DNA of 62,481 nucleotides, the filler included, from Collodictyon triciliatum (Eukaryota): NCBI GenBank assembly GCA_043381765.1. It is 6 parts of 6 records of this genome, joined end to end, with 100 filler letters (N's around TTAATTAATTAA, not from the genome) between each part and the next. Parts side by side here need not be neighbours in the genome. Positions count along the whole stretch, not along the records: positions 19,342 to 28,527 come from JBHJMP010000244.1; positions 28,628 to 38,012 come from JBHJMP010000245.1; 4 more parts are not named here. One strand, 5' to 3'. Below are positions 23,336 through 37,610 of the stretch, in pieces. The notes below the pieces were generated by a model. It saw nothing but the letters and a program-made list of their open reading frames with translations. It was not told where the DNA came from and did no database searches. Position 1 is the first letter of the stretch. Each line of letters opens with the position of its first letter. A program made the translations under genes and the position numbers.

Positions 23336-26300
23336 CATACCTTCTTTATGTACAGAATATTTTTACAACGAAAGACTTTTCAGTAATAGCCGATTTGCCC
23401 ACTCTGACAATAGTATATTATCTTCTATCTCCTTTTCTTAATCTAAAACAGACGGCCGAAAACTCGCCCTTTCCTGTGGAAAATTTAGAAAAGGCAACAT
23501 CCGAGTTTTCGTTGGAAAGTGTCATCGAGATAAAAGGACGAGTGAGGTCAAGACCAGAAAACATGATTAATCCTCAGATGAAAAACGGAGAGCTTGAGGT
23601 GAATGTTACATGAAATGATAAAAATAATAATAATTAAAAATACAAAAACTGTTACATGTTCATCTTCATTCTCAAGGAAGAAAGAAAACGAAGCATATTC
23701 ATCCAAATCACCTTATAATCATTTCTTTTCATATATGGTAATGACTGTAAGGATACATGCTCGTAATTATTCATAGGAACTTGAACATATCAATTCAATA
23801 CATCCTCTTTCAAGTTATGAACATCTGTGTAACTTATTAGGTGCTCGTATTGGAGCAAAAAACGATTAACAAAGCAGATGTGTTGCCATACATGGTTTTT
23901 GGAAAAACAAATGTAATATTTCAGTGTTAAATATACCTTTTCACTTCAGTTGCACTTGTTTTCTCTAGTCATAAATGATGCTATTCTGCATTGCTAATAC
24001 AGTTTAATTCAATATTTTCAAACAGTTACTTATATTATCTGTATCAAATTTACATAACAGTTGATATATTTTCCCTATTGATTCTGTCCTCCAGATCGAA
24101 GATATTTGTTTCTAATAATAGCAAAAATTCAAATAGATAAATGAAGAAACGCGACTCAAATACAGATACCTAGATTTGAGACGCCCAGAAATCCAAAACA
24201 ACATCTTGTTGCGGTCCAGCGTTTCTCTCATGATTCGTAACCATCTCACATCTGAAGGGTTTGTCGAGATTGAGACGCCAACACTAACAAAGTCGACTCC
24301 CGAAGGAGCACGAGAATTCGTTGTTCCATCTCGTTCGCCTTCGCTATTTTATGCACTGCCTCAAAGTCCACAGCAATACAAGCAGCTTCTAATGGCCTCT
24401 GGATTTAAGAAGTAGTATTCCAACTCTTTTCAGAAAAATCTTGCGGGGGGTTTTTTTTTTTGGAATTTAAGATATTATTTAATTCAGATATTTACTTACT
24501 TTTAGTTAACTATGAATCTATCTATAGGTATATTTCTTGAATAAAGTTTACAACTCTATATTACTGTAGGTATTTCCAGATTGCACGATGTTATCGTGAC
24601 GAAGGAAACAGGGCCGATAGGCAGCCCGAATTTACACAAGTCGACATGGAAATGGCTTTCGTCGAAGCAAATGATGTGATAATTTGTATGGAGGGACTCG
24701 TGAAAAAAGTATGGAAGAATGTAATTTATCCGACGCTTTCCAATATCGAGTTTGAAAAAGCAGTCACGTTCCCAAGGATTTCATACATGGATGCAATCAC
24801 GAAATATGGCTCAGACAAGCCAGATACAAGATTTGGTATTGAAATAGTTGACATAACAGAGGAAGCATCCAGAACCGATTTCGGGTACGGCATTCAATAT
24901 CACGCCCGAGTTAATATCTGAGTTGGAAAATAACAACAGTATACTCTTTTATTTGCCAAGAGCGATGATTCAGTAGCGATATTTATCATAACATCGAGCT
25001 CACAATTTCTGTTTAAATAAATCCCACAAAGGCCTTTTAAGGACTCTGTCAAAGCTGGTGACAAGGTAAAGGCGGTCTGTGTTCCATTTCTTGGCTCACT
25101 TTACTCGAACGCTGATATTAAGGCATTGACCGACGAAGCCCTCAAACTCAAAGAAGGCATCAAAGTATACTTACCTTTTGTCATTATTCCTTTATTTTTG
25201 CTTCGATTGAAGAATGCCTTTGTTTTTCTTTCTCATCCTTTATATACTCTAAAATTTCTTTTAGCATTACATCTTTCTTTTTTCTTAAAGGGATTGGAAT
25301 ATCTAATAAATATATTAATTATATTCTCTTGAAGGGGCCAATATTTACGTCTCGGATAACTAGTGGTCTTTCTTGGAAGTCATCAATGTGCAAACATATT
25401 GGTGAAGACATTCAAAAATCAATATCTCAAAAGCTGGGTGCGAACGAAGAAGACGTAATTTTCTTTGCTGCAGGTAATTCTTTATTTCCTTATTTCAGAT
25501 GATAAGAAGATGACATGCAGCTAATGAAATTGGTCAAACAACTAAAAAACTAATTTATCCCATTACACCTCAAAAAATTCTTTCAAAGTGATGTATATTG
25601 TAATCATTTCTAAAAATAATAATAAGTTCAATGGGATAAAAATGCAATATACCTTGTTTCGTCAATACCTATTTTCTATGATTAGAACGGTCTAATCAAT
25701 AAAAAAAAAAAATGCTATAGGAAGTGAGATACCTTCCTGCATCACCCTGGGTCGCGTTCGCCTCCTTACATCCGCTTTTCTAAGGTCGAAAAATATTATC
25801 CAGATTCCAGAGGATACATACAACTTTCTATGGGTTACAGATTTCCCACTATTTGAAATGGATGACGAGAGGGAGCCACGAGAAGGTAAAAATAATTTAA
25901 GCAAGTCTAAGCGCTGATGCAGGCCCATTAAACGACTGTCCAGTTTTTCCATCTGCTTTCATAAAATATTATAAATGTGGTGCAGCAAGTTTTCACTTTA
26001 TTATTATAATTATTCTGATTATTATCCTTATCTTTATCCTTATCCTTATCATTATTATCATTATCATTATTATTATTCCCTCTCGGTTCTTGTCTTGTTA
26101 TGTTCGGTCTTACAGACGGGAAGCCTCACTTAAGGAGTATGCATCATCCATTTACAAATCCCCACCCTGAGGACTTGGACAAGCTCGAACAAAATCCCTT
26201 GCAGGTTAGAGGCCTTCACTACGACCTTGTTTTGAATGGTGTCGAGTTGGGCGGGGGTTCGATTCGCGTCCACAACGCGGCCCTCCAGCAACAAATATTT

Positions 26301-27003
26301 GAAAAGCATCTCCAATTGCCGGTGAGTTCGAGCAGGTGGTTGGTGAAGAAGCCAAATTATAGCCCTTTTTTTTTTTTTTCGTTTTATAATATAAAAATAA
26401 AAAAAAAGGAATAATGCATCATCACCTTTGGCTATATCTTTGCCCAAATATCTGTGAAGCAACACCCCGCTCAAAGGCTGCTCCTGTCATCCTCTTATCC
26501 ACAATTCCCCATCCAGAGCAAAGGGAAAGAATTTGAGCATCTAATTAGCGCCCTGAAGTCCGGATGTCCTCCACACGGCGGCATCGCACTCGGCTTCGAC
26601 CGGCTTCTTCTCATGCTTTGCAACCGCGGAGAACAGACAGGAAGGTGGGTTTTTTTTCTTTATCTCGCAGATTGCTGATGGCAGATGGCAGATTGCATTT
26701 TTGATGCTGGGGCTCGTTTTCTATATTTCTTTTCATTTCCCCCTTTTTCATATCGCCGTCAAGGTTTGTCTCTGGTTGGCTGCATGCTTGCCTGTCAATT
26801 TCAGCATTGTAAAGCTTATGTCCTATTCTGTTCTTTTTTTCTTCACAAATACCAAAAACAAAAAAAAAAGTAGCATCCGAGACGTCATCGCATTCCCAAA
26901 GACCTCGGGGGGCAACGACCTGCTCTTCGGCAGCCCCGCGCCCCTGACGCAAAGCCAGCTGGGCGAGTTGGGCCTCTCCGTGACAAAGCCACGGTACAAT
27001 TAG
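22619..27003 (+). CDS. DARS2: Mitochondrial (bacterial-type) aspartyl-tRNA synthetase
   Basis: Arg-rich presequence-like start [17 protein letters not shown]. Motifs [119 protein letters not shown] and [10 protein letters not shown]. Stop 27001-27003. Confidence 0.96.
23257..23333. repeat. (TG)n intronic microsatellite in DARS2
   Basis: Directly visible. Confidence 0.97.
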
Positions 27004-27900
27004 TACGGCACCAGATCCACGTTTGGACATGAACAGACACAATCCACACAAAGCGATATTCAACGAATGTGCTTGCACGCCCATTGGACATAAAAGGAAT
27101 ACGATGCCAATCGATCAATTCCAATGTGTGGATTTGGCTTGCCCAAAAATATTATTCATCCCGTTCGATCAAAATGAAATAATCACTGTGATGCACATTT
27201 GTGGAGATTGATCACAGACACATCACTTACGATCAGAACCAAAGACACATCAAACGCCTTCATCAAACAAGCGATCGGCGCCTTGTGTTCGTCGAAGTGG
27301 GCCAACTTGAGTGATGGAGTTACATTCTTGCTTTGTTTACATTTTCCTGCGACTCTGCCCTTCTCTTATCTCCTTTTTTTTTTTTTNNNNNNNNNNNNNN
27401 NNNNNNNNNNNNNNNNNNNNNNNNNNNNNNNNNNNNNNNNNNNNNNNNNNNNNNNNNNNNNNNNNNNNNNNNNNNNNNNNNNNNNNNNNNNNNNNNNNNN
27501 NNNNNNNNNNNNNNNNNNNNNNNNNNNNNNNNNNNNNNNNNNNNNNNNNNNNNNNNNNNNNNNNNNNNNNNNNNNNNNNNNNNNNNNNNNNNNNNNNNNN
27601 NNNNNNNNNNNNNNNNNNNNNNNNNNNNNNNNNNNNNNNNNNNNNNNNNNNNNNNNNNNNNNNNNNNNNNNNNNNNNNNNNNNNNNNNNNNNNNNNNNNN
27701 NNNNNNNNNNNNNNNNNNNNNNNNNNNNNNNNNNNNNNNNNNNNNNNNNNNNNNNNNNNNNNNNNNNNNNNNNNNNNNNNNNNNNNNNNNNNNNNNNNNN
27801 NNNNNNNNNNNNNNNNNNNNNNNNNNNNNNNNNNNNNNNNNNNNNNNNNNNNNNNNNNNNNNNNNNNNNNNNNNNNNNNNNNNNNNNNNNNACATAACAG

Positions 27901-28263
27901 AACATGAGCCAACAAACAGACAGTATGGACTTAATTGGAGGATTCAAACCTGTGGATATGAAGATACTTTGCAACCCGTTGGTACAAGACTTTGATGACC
28001 TTTTCCAGAGCACTTTTTCTGCCAAAGTATGCCATCTTTTAAATTCACGTTTATTATCATGAAAGTACAATAAACATGGAAGTCTCTCAATCTTTACCCA
28101 AAAAACTCACTTTTTTTTCTGGAAATCAAACAGACAAACATCAGATTCCTAGAGGCCGTACATCACCAATATCAAAAACAGAACTGGAAAAAGCTGTTTC
28201 AAGGATTTCAAAATTCAATCACATCAGCATTAAAAAAACTGCAGACGAGAGAGGAAGATTCGG
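27901..28263 (+). CDS. MDN1: Midasin (Rea1) internal fragment, two exons 27901-28026 and 28134-28263
   Basis: NMSQQTDSMDLIGGFKPVDMKILCNPLVQDFDDLFQSTFSAK|TNIRFLEAVHHQYQKQNWKKLFQGF matches the midasin AAA segment NxxQQxDxxDLLGG[FY]KP and the helical insert after it. Missed by the ORF track. Confidence 0.85.
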
Positions 28264-28401
28264 GTAACAATTTTTTGATGCATGATTAAGAACATGAACG
28301 ATTAATGTAACCAATTAAATCATAAAATTCAAAAAACAATTAATTTTGCATTATAATCCTGGGTGTGTATGTCTCCCTGAATATCATCCCTTTTTTTCTT
28401 T

Positions 28402-28438
<37 letters not shown>

Positions 28439-28527
28439 TTTTTTTTTTTTTTTAATTTTTTTTTTTTTTTTTTTTTTTTCTCCTCCCTTAAAAAAATTTT
28501 TTTTGGCCCCCGGAAAAATTTTTTTTT

Positions 28528-28627
28528 NNNNNNNNNNNNNNNNNNNNNNNNNNNNNNNNNNNNNNNNNNNNTTAATTAATTAANNNNNNNNNNNNNNNNN
28601 NNNNNNNNNNNNNNNNNNNNNNNNNNN
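28528..28627. other. Synthetic contig-join linker
   Basis: TTAATTAATTAA at 28572-28583 flanked by 44 N on each side. Confidence 0.97.
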
Positions 28628-28992
28628 TCTCCCATGCGCTCCCATCCCGCCCCTTTGTATGGCATAACCTCGCTACACTTTGAATCGAATAAAGGAAAAA
28701 AAAAAAAAAACTTTCATTTTCTCAAGTGTCGCCCCAATTTATCTCTTCTCTCCTCGCTTGTTTTCATTATCCAAAATTATAAAATAAAAAAAACCATCAC
28801 ACCCCAATTGTATCGCTTTTTTTTTTTTTTTACCTGACCTGATATTCTCCAATCCTTTTTTCTTTTCTCGCCTACCTTTTGCTTTCCCGTTTATAAGTTC
28901 CTTATCCTTCGTTCTTGGTTGGAAGGGAAAAGGCAACGAGAGAGGAGGGGAAGCGAGTGCGGTTATTGAGACCATGTTCTGGTCGAGCTTGC

Positions 28993-31900
28993 TTAATGTA
29001 ACTGATTCAACTGATATGTTGCCTCGTCGTCGGAGCTATCAAAGTTGCATTCGTCCTCATCTTCGTCCTGGGTGTGGTCTCCTGCTTGGAGATTCAACAT
29101 CACCCTGCATGGGTAGACGCGGTTGTCTGCACGGTTTTCTGTGCGGACGTAGAAATGAAACTTTCCAGCAGAGAGGAAGCAAACTTGAAACTCGAAAAGA
29201 TACGTCTCGTTTGGTTGAAGCTGCGTAGTACATTATGATGAATTCATGTTAACATCAGTATTGTATGTATCTGCACTGCACATTGAAATACCTTGGTCGG
29301 TGTATACAAGTAAGAATACGATCACAAGATGTCAAATTACCAGAGGAATGGGCCTGGTGAGGGAGCCCACCCAAGAGAGCTGACTGCATACGGAGTTGAT
29401 GGATTCTGGGTCGGAGTGGTCAAGGTATGATGCTTCATTGTTGACAAAGACAGGGTCAAAGAACTTGTGGCTCGTGGATCCCTGAACGCATGGTATTATG
29501 TTTGTTTATTTGTGATTCTATGTACTAATTCATCTAATATGGAACCCTCAAACTGTACTATCAAAATATGAAAAATATATAAAGTATATCTATATTTAAG
29601 GAAGGAAATGAAATCAAAAGCAAAAGCAAAAGCAAAATAAAATAGGTTTATAAAATCAAAGGGCAACGACAAAGGAGCAATAAAGCTCATCAGTAATCTA
29701 TTCCGAACCTCAAATGGGAAGAGTCGGAGTAGGAAGAAGTCGATGGCCTCAGGTGACGTATTTGTGACGCTCACCCAAAATTTTTGTGGCGTTAATATTG
29801 GATAAAGTTTCGGCGGTGTATCTTGATTCATATTGAATTACATGAAAAACATCAGACAAATTTCCAGAGTAGAAGGTTAGTTAGCAGGCGGTCGGTCGGT
29901 TGGTCGGTTGGTCGGTTGGTTGGTGGTCGTGTGTTTGTGTGTTTGTTTGTTTGTTTGTTTGTTTGTTTGTTTGTTTGTTTGTTTGTTTGTTTGTTTGTTT
30001 GTTTGTTTGTTTGTTTGTTTGTTTGTTTGTTTGTTTGAGTATAAAAAGAGTACTCATATAACTGGGGAGGTCCATTGAAGCATAATATTATAATTTTAAA
30101 AAAAAAACCGATAAAGTACGACGGTCTTGATGATAGAGGGCCCTCAAGAATCCCCTCTGGTGGTGTATTGCAGTAGAAGAATCGACACGCCATGGGAGGG
30201 GGGTTCAAAAGCCTAATAATACCATCCGACAAAGGAACTGTGTCTATCAGCAGTACCCCATGGTTATTACGCTCCTGAATTGAGTTAGTTTAAGATGTGC
30301 CATGATGATGTGTTTTGTTTTGTTTTGTTTTGTTTTGTTTTGTTTTGTTTTGTTTTGTTTTGTTTTGTTTTGTTTTGTTTTGTTTTGTTTTGTTTTGTTT
30401 TCCCCTTATTTATAGGAGAAAAGGTAAACATAGTTGAAAAGAACTGTTTATATAGTAGCGAAGGGGAAAGAGGGAAAGAGGGAAAGAGGGAAAGAGGGAA
30501 AGAGGGAAAGAGGGAAAGAGGGAAAGAGGGAAAGAGGGAAAGAGGGAAAGAGGGAAATTATTAGAAATAGAAATTACAGATCTCCAGTGGACAAGAACTC
30601 GTTCAGCGAGGGCTTTCCTGTAAGCAGCAATCTTTCGAAGTTGCTTCCTCTTTGTATTAAATGGTTTATTTATTACATTCCTTTTTTTTTAAAAAGAAAA
30701 AAGAAAAAAAAGGAGGAAATAGACTACATGCAAATTCATAAAAGCACTCACATAAACTTGGAATATTTTAAATATATCAACATAGTATAACTTTATCTTT
30801 TATTTTATTTTCATGTTTGTCTTTATGTGGTATTATTTGTTAAAATTTTTATAGTTATTTCGCGATTTCTAAAAGAAAATAGGTAAAGCAGAAGAAAAAA
30901 TAGGATAGTACTAACAATGGAAGAAAACATATAATGATCATAAACATACATTTACCTGAATAAACAAGAGAAGAAATGCAAAAATAAAAATAAAAAAGCA
31001 TATCTTCTCGAAATATATAAAGCAATTATAGAATGATGAAACTGTCCTCATTTTTTTCTTGCCTGCTCGTCTGTCAAACCGTCCACGACAAACTGCTTAT
31101 CTTGCTTTGCTTTCATGTATTCTTCCTCAGGAACCCTGAATCTCTTCAAAGGGATAACGAGCCTAATTTATGCAAATTCGAGTAATTTTATTGAAAATAG
31201 AGAAAGAAAATGGAGGGGTATGCTTTAAATTCGCCGTGAAATGGTTACATTATTAAATAAAGGAGGTTCTTTGGATCAAATAGATGAAGATGAGGCGGGG
31301 CCATATTCTTAAATATATGAAACCCTAAAGACGATGATATATGTTTTTACTTTGTAGATGAGCATTTATCAGACCTGCATGTTGCATTCGGCTTAAGCAG
31401 TACAGTGGACACGCGCGTGAGGCGTGCAGGCTCACCGACAGACTCTCCTTCCAGCTGCAAAGTGCGAGCTGTGGAATTAGCAACTATAAATACAAGAAGG
31501 CAGTAGGAATTATGATCCCTGAATGTGGACGTCAGATGCTCCGTGTGGTTGAGAATCGGGCTGGAATGGGCGTTTGGATTAAAGTTTGGATGGTTCCTCT
31601 TCACACCAGAGACACGTCGAGAAGTCTCTTCGTGCGGAGGTGATAATACTAGTGTTTCAATGTTGTCGTAGGATTTCGGATCAACACTGTCAACAGAAAA
31701 GCGCGTCACGTAGAAATTGGTCAAAATCAGTGAGCGAGTTACTGTGAAAGAAAACGTCAGGGTCACCATTCGATAAAAAGTTGGGATACAACTGCTCCCA
31801 TAAGTGATAGTCAAGCTGGCACCTGAGCTGCAGGGGATAAATATATATATATATTCAGTTTTAGGCTTAATCAGAAAAGAAGATAGATAAAGAAAAGAAC

Positions 31901-34900
31901 TTGAGAGAATAAAAAAAAAAAAAAAAAGGGATAAGTGATAAGTGATAAGAGACAAGAGACAAGAGACAAGAGACAAGAGACAAGAGACAAGAGACAAGAG
32001 ACAAGAGACAAGAGACAAGAGACAAGAGACAAGAGACAAGAGACAAGAGACAAGAGACAAGAGACAAGAGACAAGAGACAAGAGACAAGAGACAAGAGAC
32101 AAGAGACAAGAGACAAGAGACAAGAGACAAGAATGGAGAAAACCCTATATATTAAGTTAACTGCAGCTTTTATTGCTGAAGCAATACTTTGGGGTAGGGT
32201 AGGGCAGGGGGAAATATGAACCCGAAATTAATAATTATATCTACCAGTTTGTTTGGGCCAGTATCTCGAGAGGTAGGGCGACACGGCATCCCGGGCGAAG
32301 TGGGGTGCGTTGGTTGACATCTATTGAACCCCAAGACAATGCTGGGCGGAGAATCTGCTTTGATTCAGATTTTTTATCTTCAGCGCGTTTTGCCGTATTT
32401 TCCGAGACTAGTGAAGCCTCCGTAGAAAAATCAATCATATCTACGTCGATGGAGCCGACGTTTTCTAATGACAAATCAAGCACATACCTAGATGAAGCAC
32501 ATTACTCTCATAAATTCATTTCATTTAAAAGTGTAGAATTATGAATTAGTGAAGAGAAAGATATGTGTTTGATTTATTCAATTATCTGATTGGTCTCCTG
32601 GTACATTTTTCATATATTCAGCCTCGCTTTAATATAACAATATATACTTATGGATACTTTTGCTCAGGTTATTCATGATTACTGATTATCAAATTATATT
32701 TCCTCTTTATTTGATTCAAGGCTATCATGTGATACAATTCAAGGTTTGAAACAAACTGTTGTCCATCAAGAAACGATATTGTTGTTTTTTCAAGTGTATT
32801 TCCGTGAACAGCAATCAAGGGTAGCGGTTTTATGACGGTTATTTCGGGGTCTACATGAAAATGTGCTTCAGTGCCTCAAATTAAAGTGATTGAATACCTG
32901 TTAACAGGAAATGAAGAATTTTACCAATTTCGTTGAAGCTTGAATGTATCTTTTTTAAATTGACCGGGCTCCTAGAAAAATTAAAAGTAAATAAAAAGTA
33001 CAAGTAAACGATAAAGTTAAAGTAGAGAAAGGAAGGGAACTAGAATTAGAATTAGAATTAGAATTAGAATTAGAATTAGAATTAGAATTAGAATTAGAAA
33101 GAATCTTCTTCTAGTGTCGCATATTCTAAAAAAGAAATAAGTCAGATCAAAAAGATATTCAGCCGATTAAGCCATATTTGATTAATTTACTTACATCTGA
33201 GGAGACGGGTATACCTTGCAAATGGTATTAAATAATCTAAAAACACATCCCACAAGGCCAGCCAGTCCATCTGTAGTGGGACGGCATGATAGGGTCACAG
33301 TACTAAAAGACTGTGGAGGCAAGAAAGTTGACACAGGGATTCCGCGATATTCAACTCCCTTCAAGCTAAAATTTTCGTGATTAGAGACCGCAGGTGACAT
33401 ATGGGCGATGTATTATTTTTATTTAAAAAAGCTTGGATGAATGAAAAAAATTGAGGAAATACATATGCTATTTAAACGAAAAGGAGAGCAATTACATAAT
33501 TGTGACTCCTTCTAATGTCAAAGGAAGAAGAAGAGGGTTATAAAATACAGCGTCTATCTCGCAAAAGTCTCCTTGCACCCAATTAATCTAATTGGTATTG
33601 AAGAAGTAAAGCATCATAACTAACAAATTTCCATGCTGAAAGCAAATGACACAACTATGATGATAACTTTTATGTTGGATAAAATTAAAATATAATAAAA
33701 AAAAATTGATACCTTGATTTTAGTATTAGCCTTGGTCCGAGGGTCACTCGGGGCAAATAAGAAGGGTCCTTTTTTCGATTGCTGTGGTTGTAAACTGCAT
33801 GGGTATGGAAGCAAAGCCGGGCCCAGTCTATTTATATATTCATGAAGGGTTGCAGACAAAATGTTTGCATTAAAATTGGATTGCATTGAACTGTCTCAAT
33901 TAGAAAATAGAAAAAAAATATGGGGAAACCCCCGCCTCCATCCCTAATTAAAAGGTGGGTGAGAGGATAGGAAGGGAAAGATAAAAAAAAAAAAAACTAC
34001 TTCTTGGGAATTAAAGTCAGGAGCCACGGAACACTGTCGATTTTTAATGAAACAGGTAAATTTAGAGTTGAAAATGATGATAATTCATTGAGGAGTCTTT
34101 GCTGCGTTTGTGCATTCCCAGCAATCAAATATTGCTGACGAAGAAAGTAAGAATTGTACAGCAATACCCTATGATTGTCTATAAAGTATGTATTAATAGA
34201 TATTACCTAACGTATTTAAAACAAAAAAAAAGAAGTAGAATTTCAAGCTTAACATGGTTTATATATTCTTAACTTTTTGAGAACTTTTTCTTGTATGAGT
34301 TAGTACATAGATAAAAAAAACTAAGGAGATTAGAATAACCTTGGATTAATTTTGATAAAGATATCAAGTCATTCAAGACTTCTCTCTCAATAAAACCCCA
34401 TCCACGATGACAGCAAGGTTTTCCTGCCAGTGCCTTATGAACAGACTCTAGTTTGATAATTTTTTTTATGTAAACAGGTAGATAGAGGTACTTGAAATTA
34501 AATTAAAGATAAATGTTGACTACTAGCACATCACAAAGTATAAACACAAGAATATACCAAACCTGTTTCAAGGATGATACGAGTTGGCTCGCTGATGTAA
34601 GTCTGAGCACCAGCAATCAAAAGAAGATTATGCGCAGCACTATTATTGAAGAGAGTCTTGTGACAAGCAGACAGTTCTCGTAGATAATAAGAGTATTTGC
34701 GACGATAGCCGATTGACCGAAATATTGTTGCAATCCCAGAGTAAAGTTCAGTCTAAACGGATGATGTGCCAGATAATTTAAGTATCGAATCGGGCAATAA
34801 TGTCGGGGACTATAGGATTCCCCTTATTGTTTATCTTTGATAGCAAATGAGAAAGGAGGGAAGTGTAGAGGGCAGGGGATATTGCAAAACTTGTAACCTC

Positions 34901-36309
34901 CTCCTTTTTCTTTTTCTTTTAAGAAAACGTTTTGTCTGATATTACCAATTCATGCGTACTCAGCCCATTTGTAAAATCATTTATGCCTGCAATAACTTCA
35001 GAGGCCTTCACTTTCAAACCGAGTGATGCATAGTACCTGCACATAAGCGATGGTATGATTTTTTTGATGAGAGAATGAATGAATGAGCTATCATATGTGA
35101 GACTTGTTGTTGTGTACGAAACCTAGCAAGCTGGAGAGTAGCCTCAGCTCCCAATATGGAAGGGCGAACTCTCTTATGTATTGATATTGCCTCGTTGTAC
35201 TTTTCAATTATTTCGTTTTGGTCCTCAGGGGTAGCCCTTATCATTTCTGATTCCGCCTTATGTTTTTTTTTTTAAAAAAAAAAAATTAATAATGAAAAAT
35301 GAATAAATATTGTGTAGTCTTACTGGTTCAACATTTCTGCTTCTTCTTTCCCCTTCATTTCCATTCTTTGATGAAAAAAATAAAAGCAATAAATTAAGGA
35401 AAGTAAACAACAAAATATTTAATTGTGAGCCCCAACTTGTTTTAGAGATATCAATTTTGCACATCCAGATGCTTGTAGTATTGCTCCGTGAAGTGAGTTG
35501 TCAGATGCAGCTTTACATATTTCAATAGCCTCCCGATAACTACAAAAAANNNNNNNNNNNNNNNNNNNNNNNNNNNNNNNNNNNNNNNNNNNNNNNNNNN
35601 NNNNNNNNNNNNNNNNNNNNNNNNNNNNNNGAAATCGTGTTATTTTTGTTTTGGTTGCACAAGTATTCCGAAGCAAAAATTGAAAGATTACGGACGCAGC
35701 GAAAGTGGAAAAAATGGGGCTAATGTCTTAGTTATCTAAACAAGCGGATTTTCAATAGTCGTCGGGAAAATAATGAGGAACAATAATAAAAGCTAGTATT
35801 CCAAACCATTCTATTGATTCGATGACATTATCAACTCTTTGAGGTTTCTTGATGGTTTTTTGTAACCGTCCTTTCAACAGAGGGAGATATTAAATCTGCG
35901 CATGATAAAATGTATGCCAATGGACGATTTTTTTTTATTTTTTTTTATTCACGACAGACTTAGCTGTTGGCGCCCATGCCAACAATCTTTTTTCAACCAC
36001 CAAGCAAGTATTCCGAGGTATAAAAGGGATAGTGATGGCGGGTGTGCCATCAGAGGAGTATGGAGATGGGGAATAGGGAAAAGATAAAGGAGAGGATGAG
36101 AAGGAAGAAAAAAGGAGGTAAAGACCCTGGGGCTTGATAAGAGGCCCAGGGATTCCTTTCAGGATAGGACTTGTGGTGAAGTCCTTGGGAGAGGNNNNNN
36201 NNNNNNNNNNNNNNNNNNNNNNNNNNNNNNNNNNNNNNNNNNNNNNNNNNNNNNNNNNNNNNNNNNNNNNNNNNNNNNNNNNNNNNNNNNNNNNAAAAAA
36301 AAAAAAACA

Positions 36310-36353
<44 letters not shown>

Positions 36354-37610
36354 AAACCCTTCGTGGATTGAAAAGGAGAATAAAAGAATAAGGGAAATAT
36401 GGAAAGTACGCAAAATACACCGATTTTGTCTTGATGGGTAATATTACTGTGTTTGAGCATCCAAGGGGGATCCAGCCAGAAGACAGATATCCCCTTGATA
36501 CTTTCTTGTTCTTGATGCCTTCTTTCGGCGACTTCGCAGAGTCTCTTCTCCGGTGAGAGATTGATCAATAAGATTCAATAGACCCATACTTTGCTCTGGT
36601 TGTTGGACTTGGGAAAGCTATCGCAATAAATCAGCGATCATAACCCACACAAATACAAAAAGATATTGTCATCGAAACGGCAGAGAAAAAGAAATGAACG
36701 AAATGATTTTGTCATATAAAATTTGGTATATCTCACTGTTTTGTTGAGTTTCTGAATCAATGTGGAGGTAAAATCTTGCAAGAGGGTGGAAAAGTAGAAT
36801 GAAACTTTCTCATCACTTTGAGCTGGAATCATGATTATTTGTTTGTGGTCATCGTGATGAAAGTCTTCAGGCTCAACAGCAAAACAGCGGGAATCAAGGC
36901 ATTGATAGACTTTCAGATATTCAGAAAATTGCTGCAGAGGCACAGATAAATCTTTGTGTCGTTTACAATGAATAATTCCAAAAACCTAAGATCCATCAGT
37001 GCATTAGTTGAATGTGTATTAAAAAGTTCAGCATAAATATCAGGACAAATTAGAATATGGTGAGAGATGAAGCTAAAATCATCCATTGAATGAGATTGCG
37101 CTAGAAAAGATATTTCAAAAAGAATAGACAGTAGACATATATACATACAGCCAAAACTTTGCGGTGGAGCTGCATCTCGACCAAGTCGCCCTCCGTGGCA
37201 CTTTTCTCCTCAACGAAGCGAAAGGAGACGAATCCCTTTTTCCAAGACATAGAAGGGAACATATCTGCTCCCGAGATGTAAATATTTTTGAAAGTTAAGA
37301 AAGTTGCACGTAAGATAAGACAACGATATATCCCAGGAATAAACGCGCACATCAATCATCAATTGTAAACCTGCTAAAGATTGCTGAAATAGTTCCTTAT
37401 GAGAATATATATATATGTGCGAATAGAACAAAACAAACGAAGGGGAGTGGAAGGTGCAATGGGAGTGATATCGTTAAGGTCAACACGTGAGAGACTGCGC
37501 AGAATGCGTAAGTAGCGCTGGAATGTGCGATCCTCGATTTCCCCGATGGGGACAACTGCAACCCGAATGGTGGAAAGATCCGACACGCTTAGAAAGGCGT
37601 CGATGGACAT
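28993..37610 (-). CDS. TRAPPC9: TRAPP II subunit Trs120/TRAPPC9
   Basis: N-terminus IRVAVVPIGEIEDRTFQRYL..W(KK)GFVSFRF..QLHRKVLA|VFGIIHC. Later GPFLFAP and YNPLLLPLTLEGV motifs, then an Ig-like C-terminus ..FQVCFLSAGKFHFY. Stop at 28993. Internal N gaps. Confidence 0.88.
29890..30557. repeat. Intronic microsatellites in TRAPPC9: (GGTY)n/(GTTT)n, (TTTTG)n, (GGAAAGAG)n
   Basis: Three arrays at about 29890-30036, 30313-30400 and 30464-30557, with an exon between the first two. Confidence 0.93.
31930..32131. repeat. (GAGACAA)n heptamer array in a TRAPPC9 intron
   Basis: Directly visible, preceded by GATAAGT variant units. Confidence 0.96.

Noticed and set aside
28400..28527. Homopolymer mosaics here and at 1-80, 19342-19385 and 56965-57063
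   Set aside because: They look like low-quality read ends after long homopolymers.
31947..32131. Regular arrays as CRISPR
   Set aside because: No unique spacers, no cas genes, and a eukaryotic intron context.
33041..33098. (TTAGAA)n here and (TTTTTGG)n at 62368-62437 as telomeric repeats
   Set aside because: The units differ from each other, the first is intronic, and both fit the general microsatellite background.
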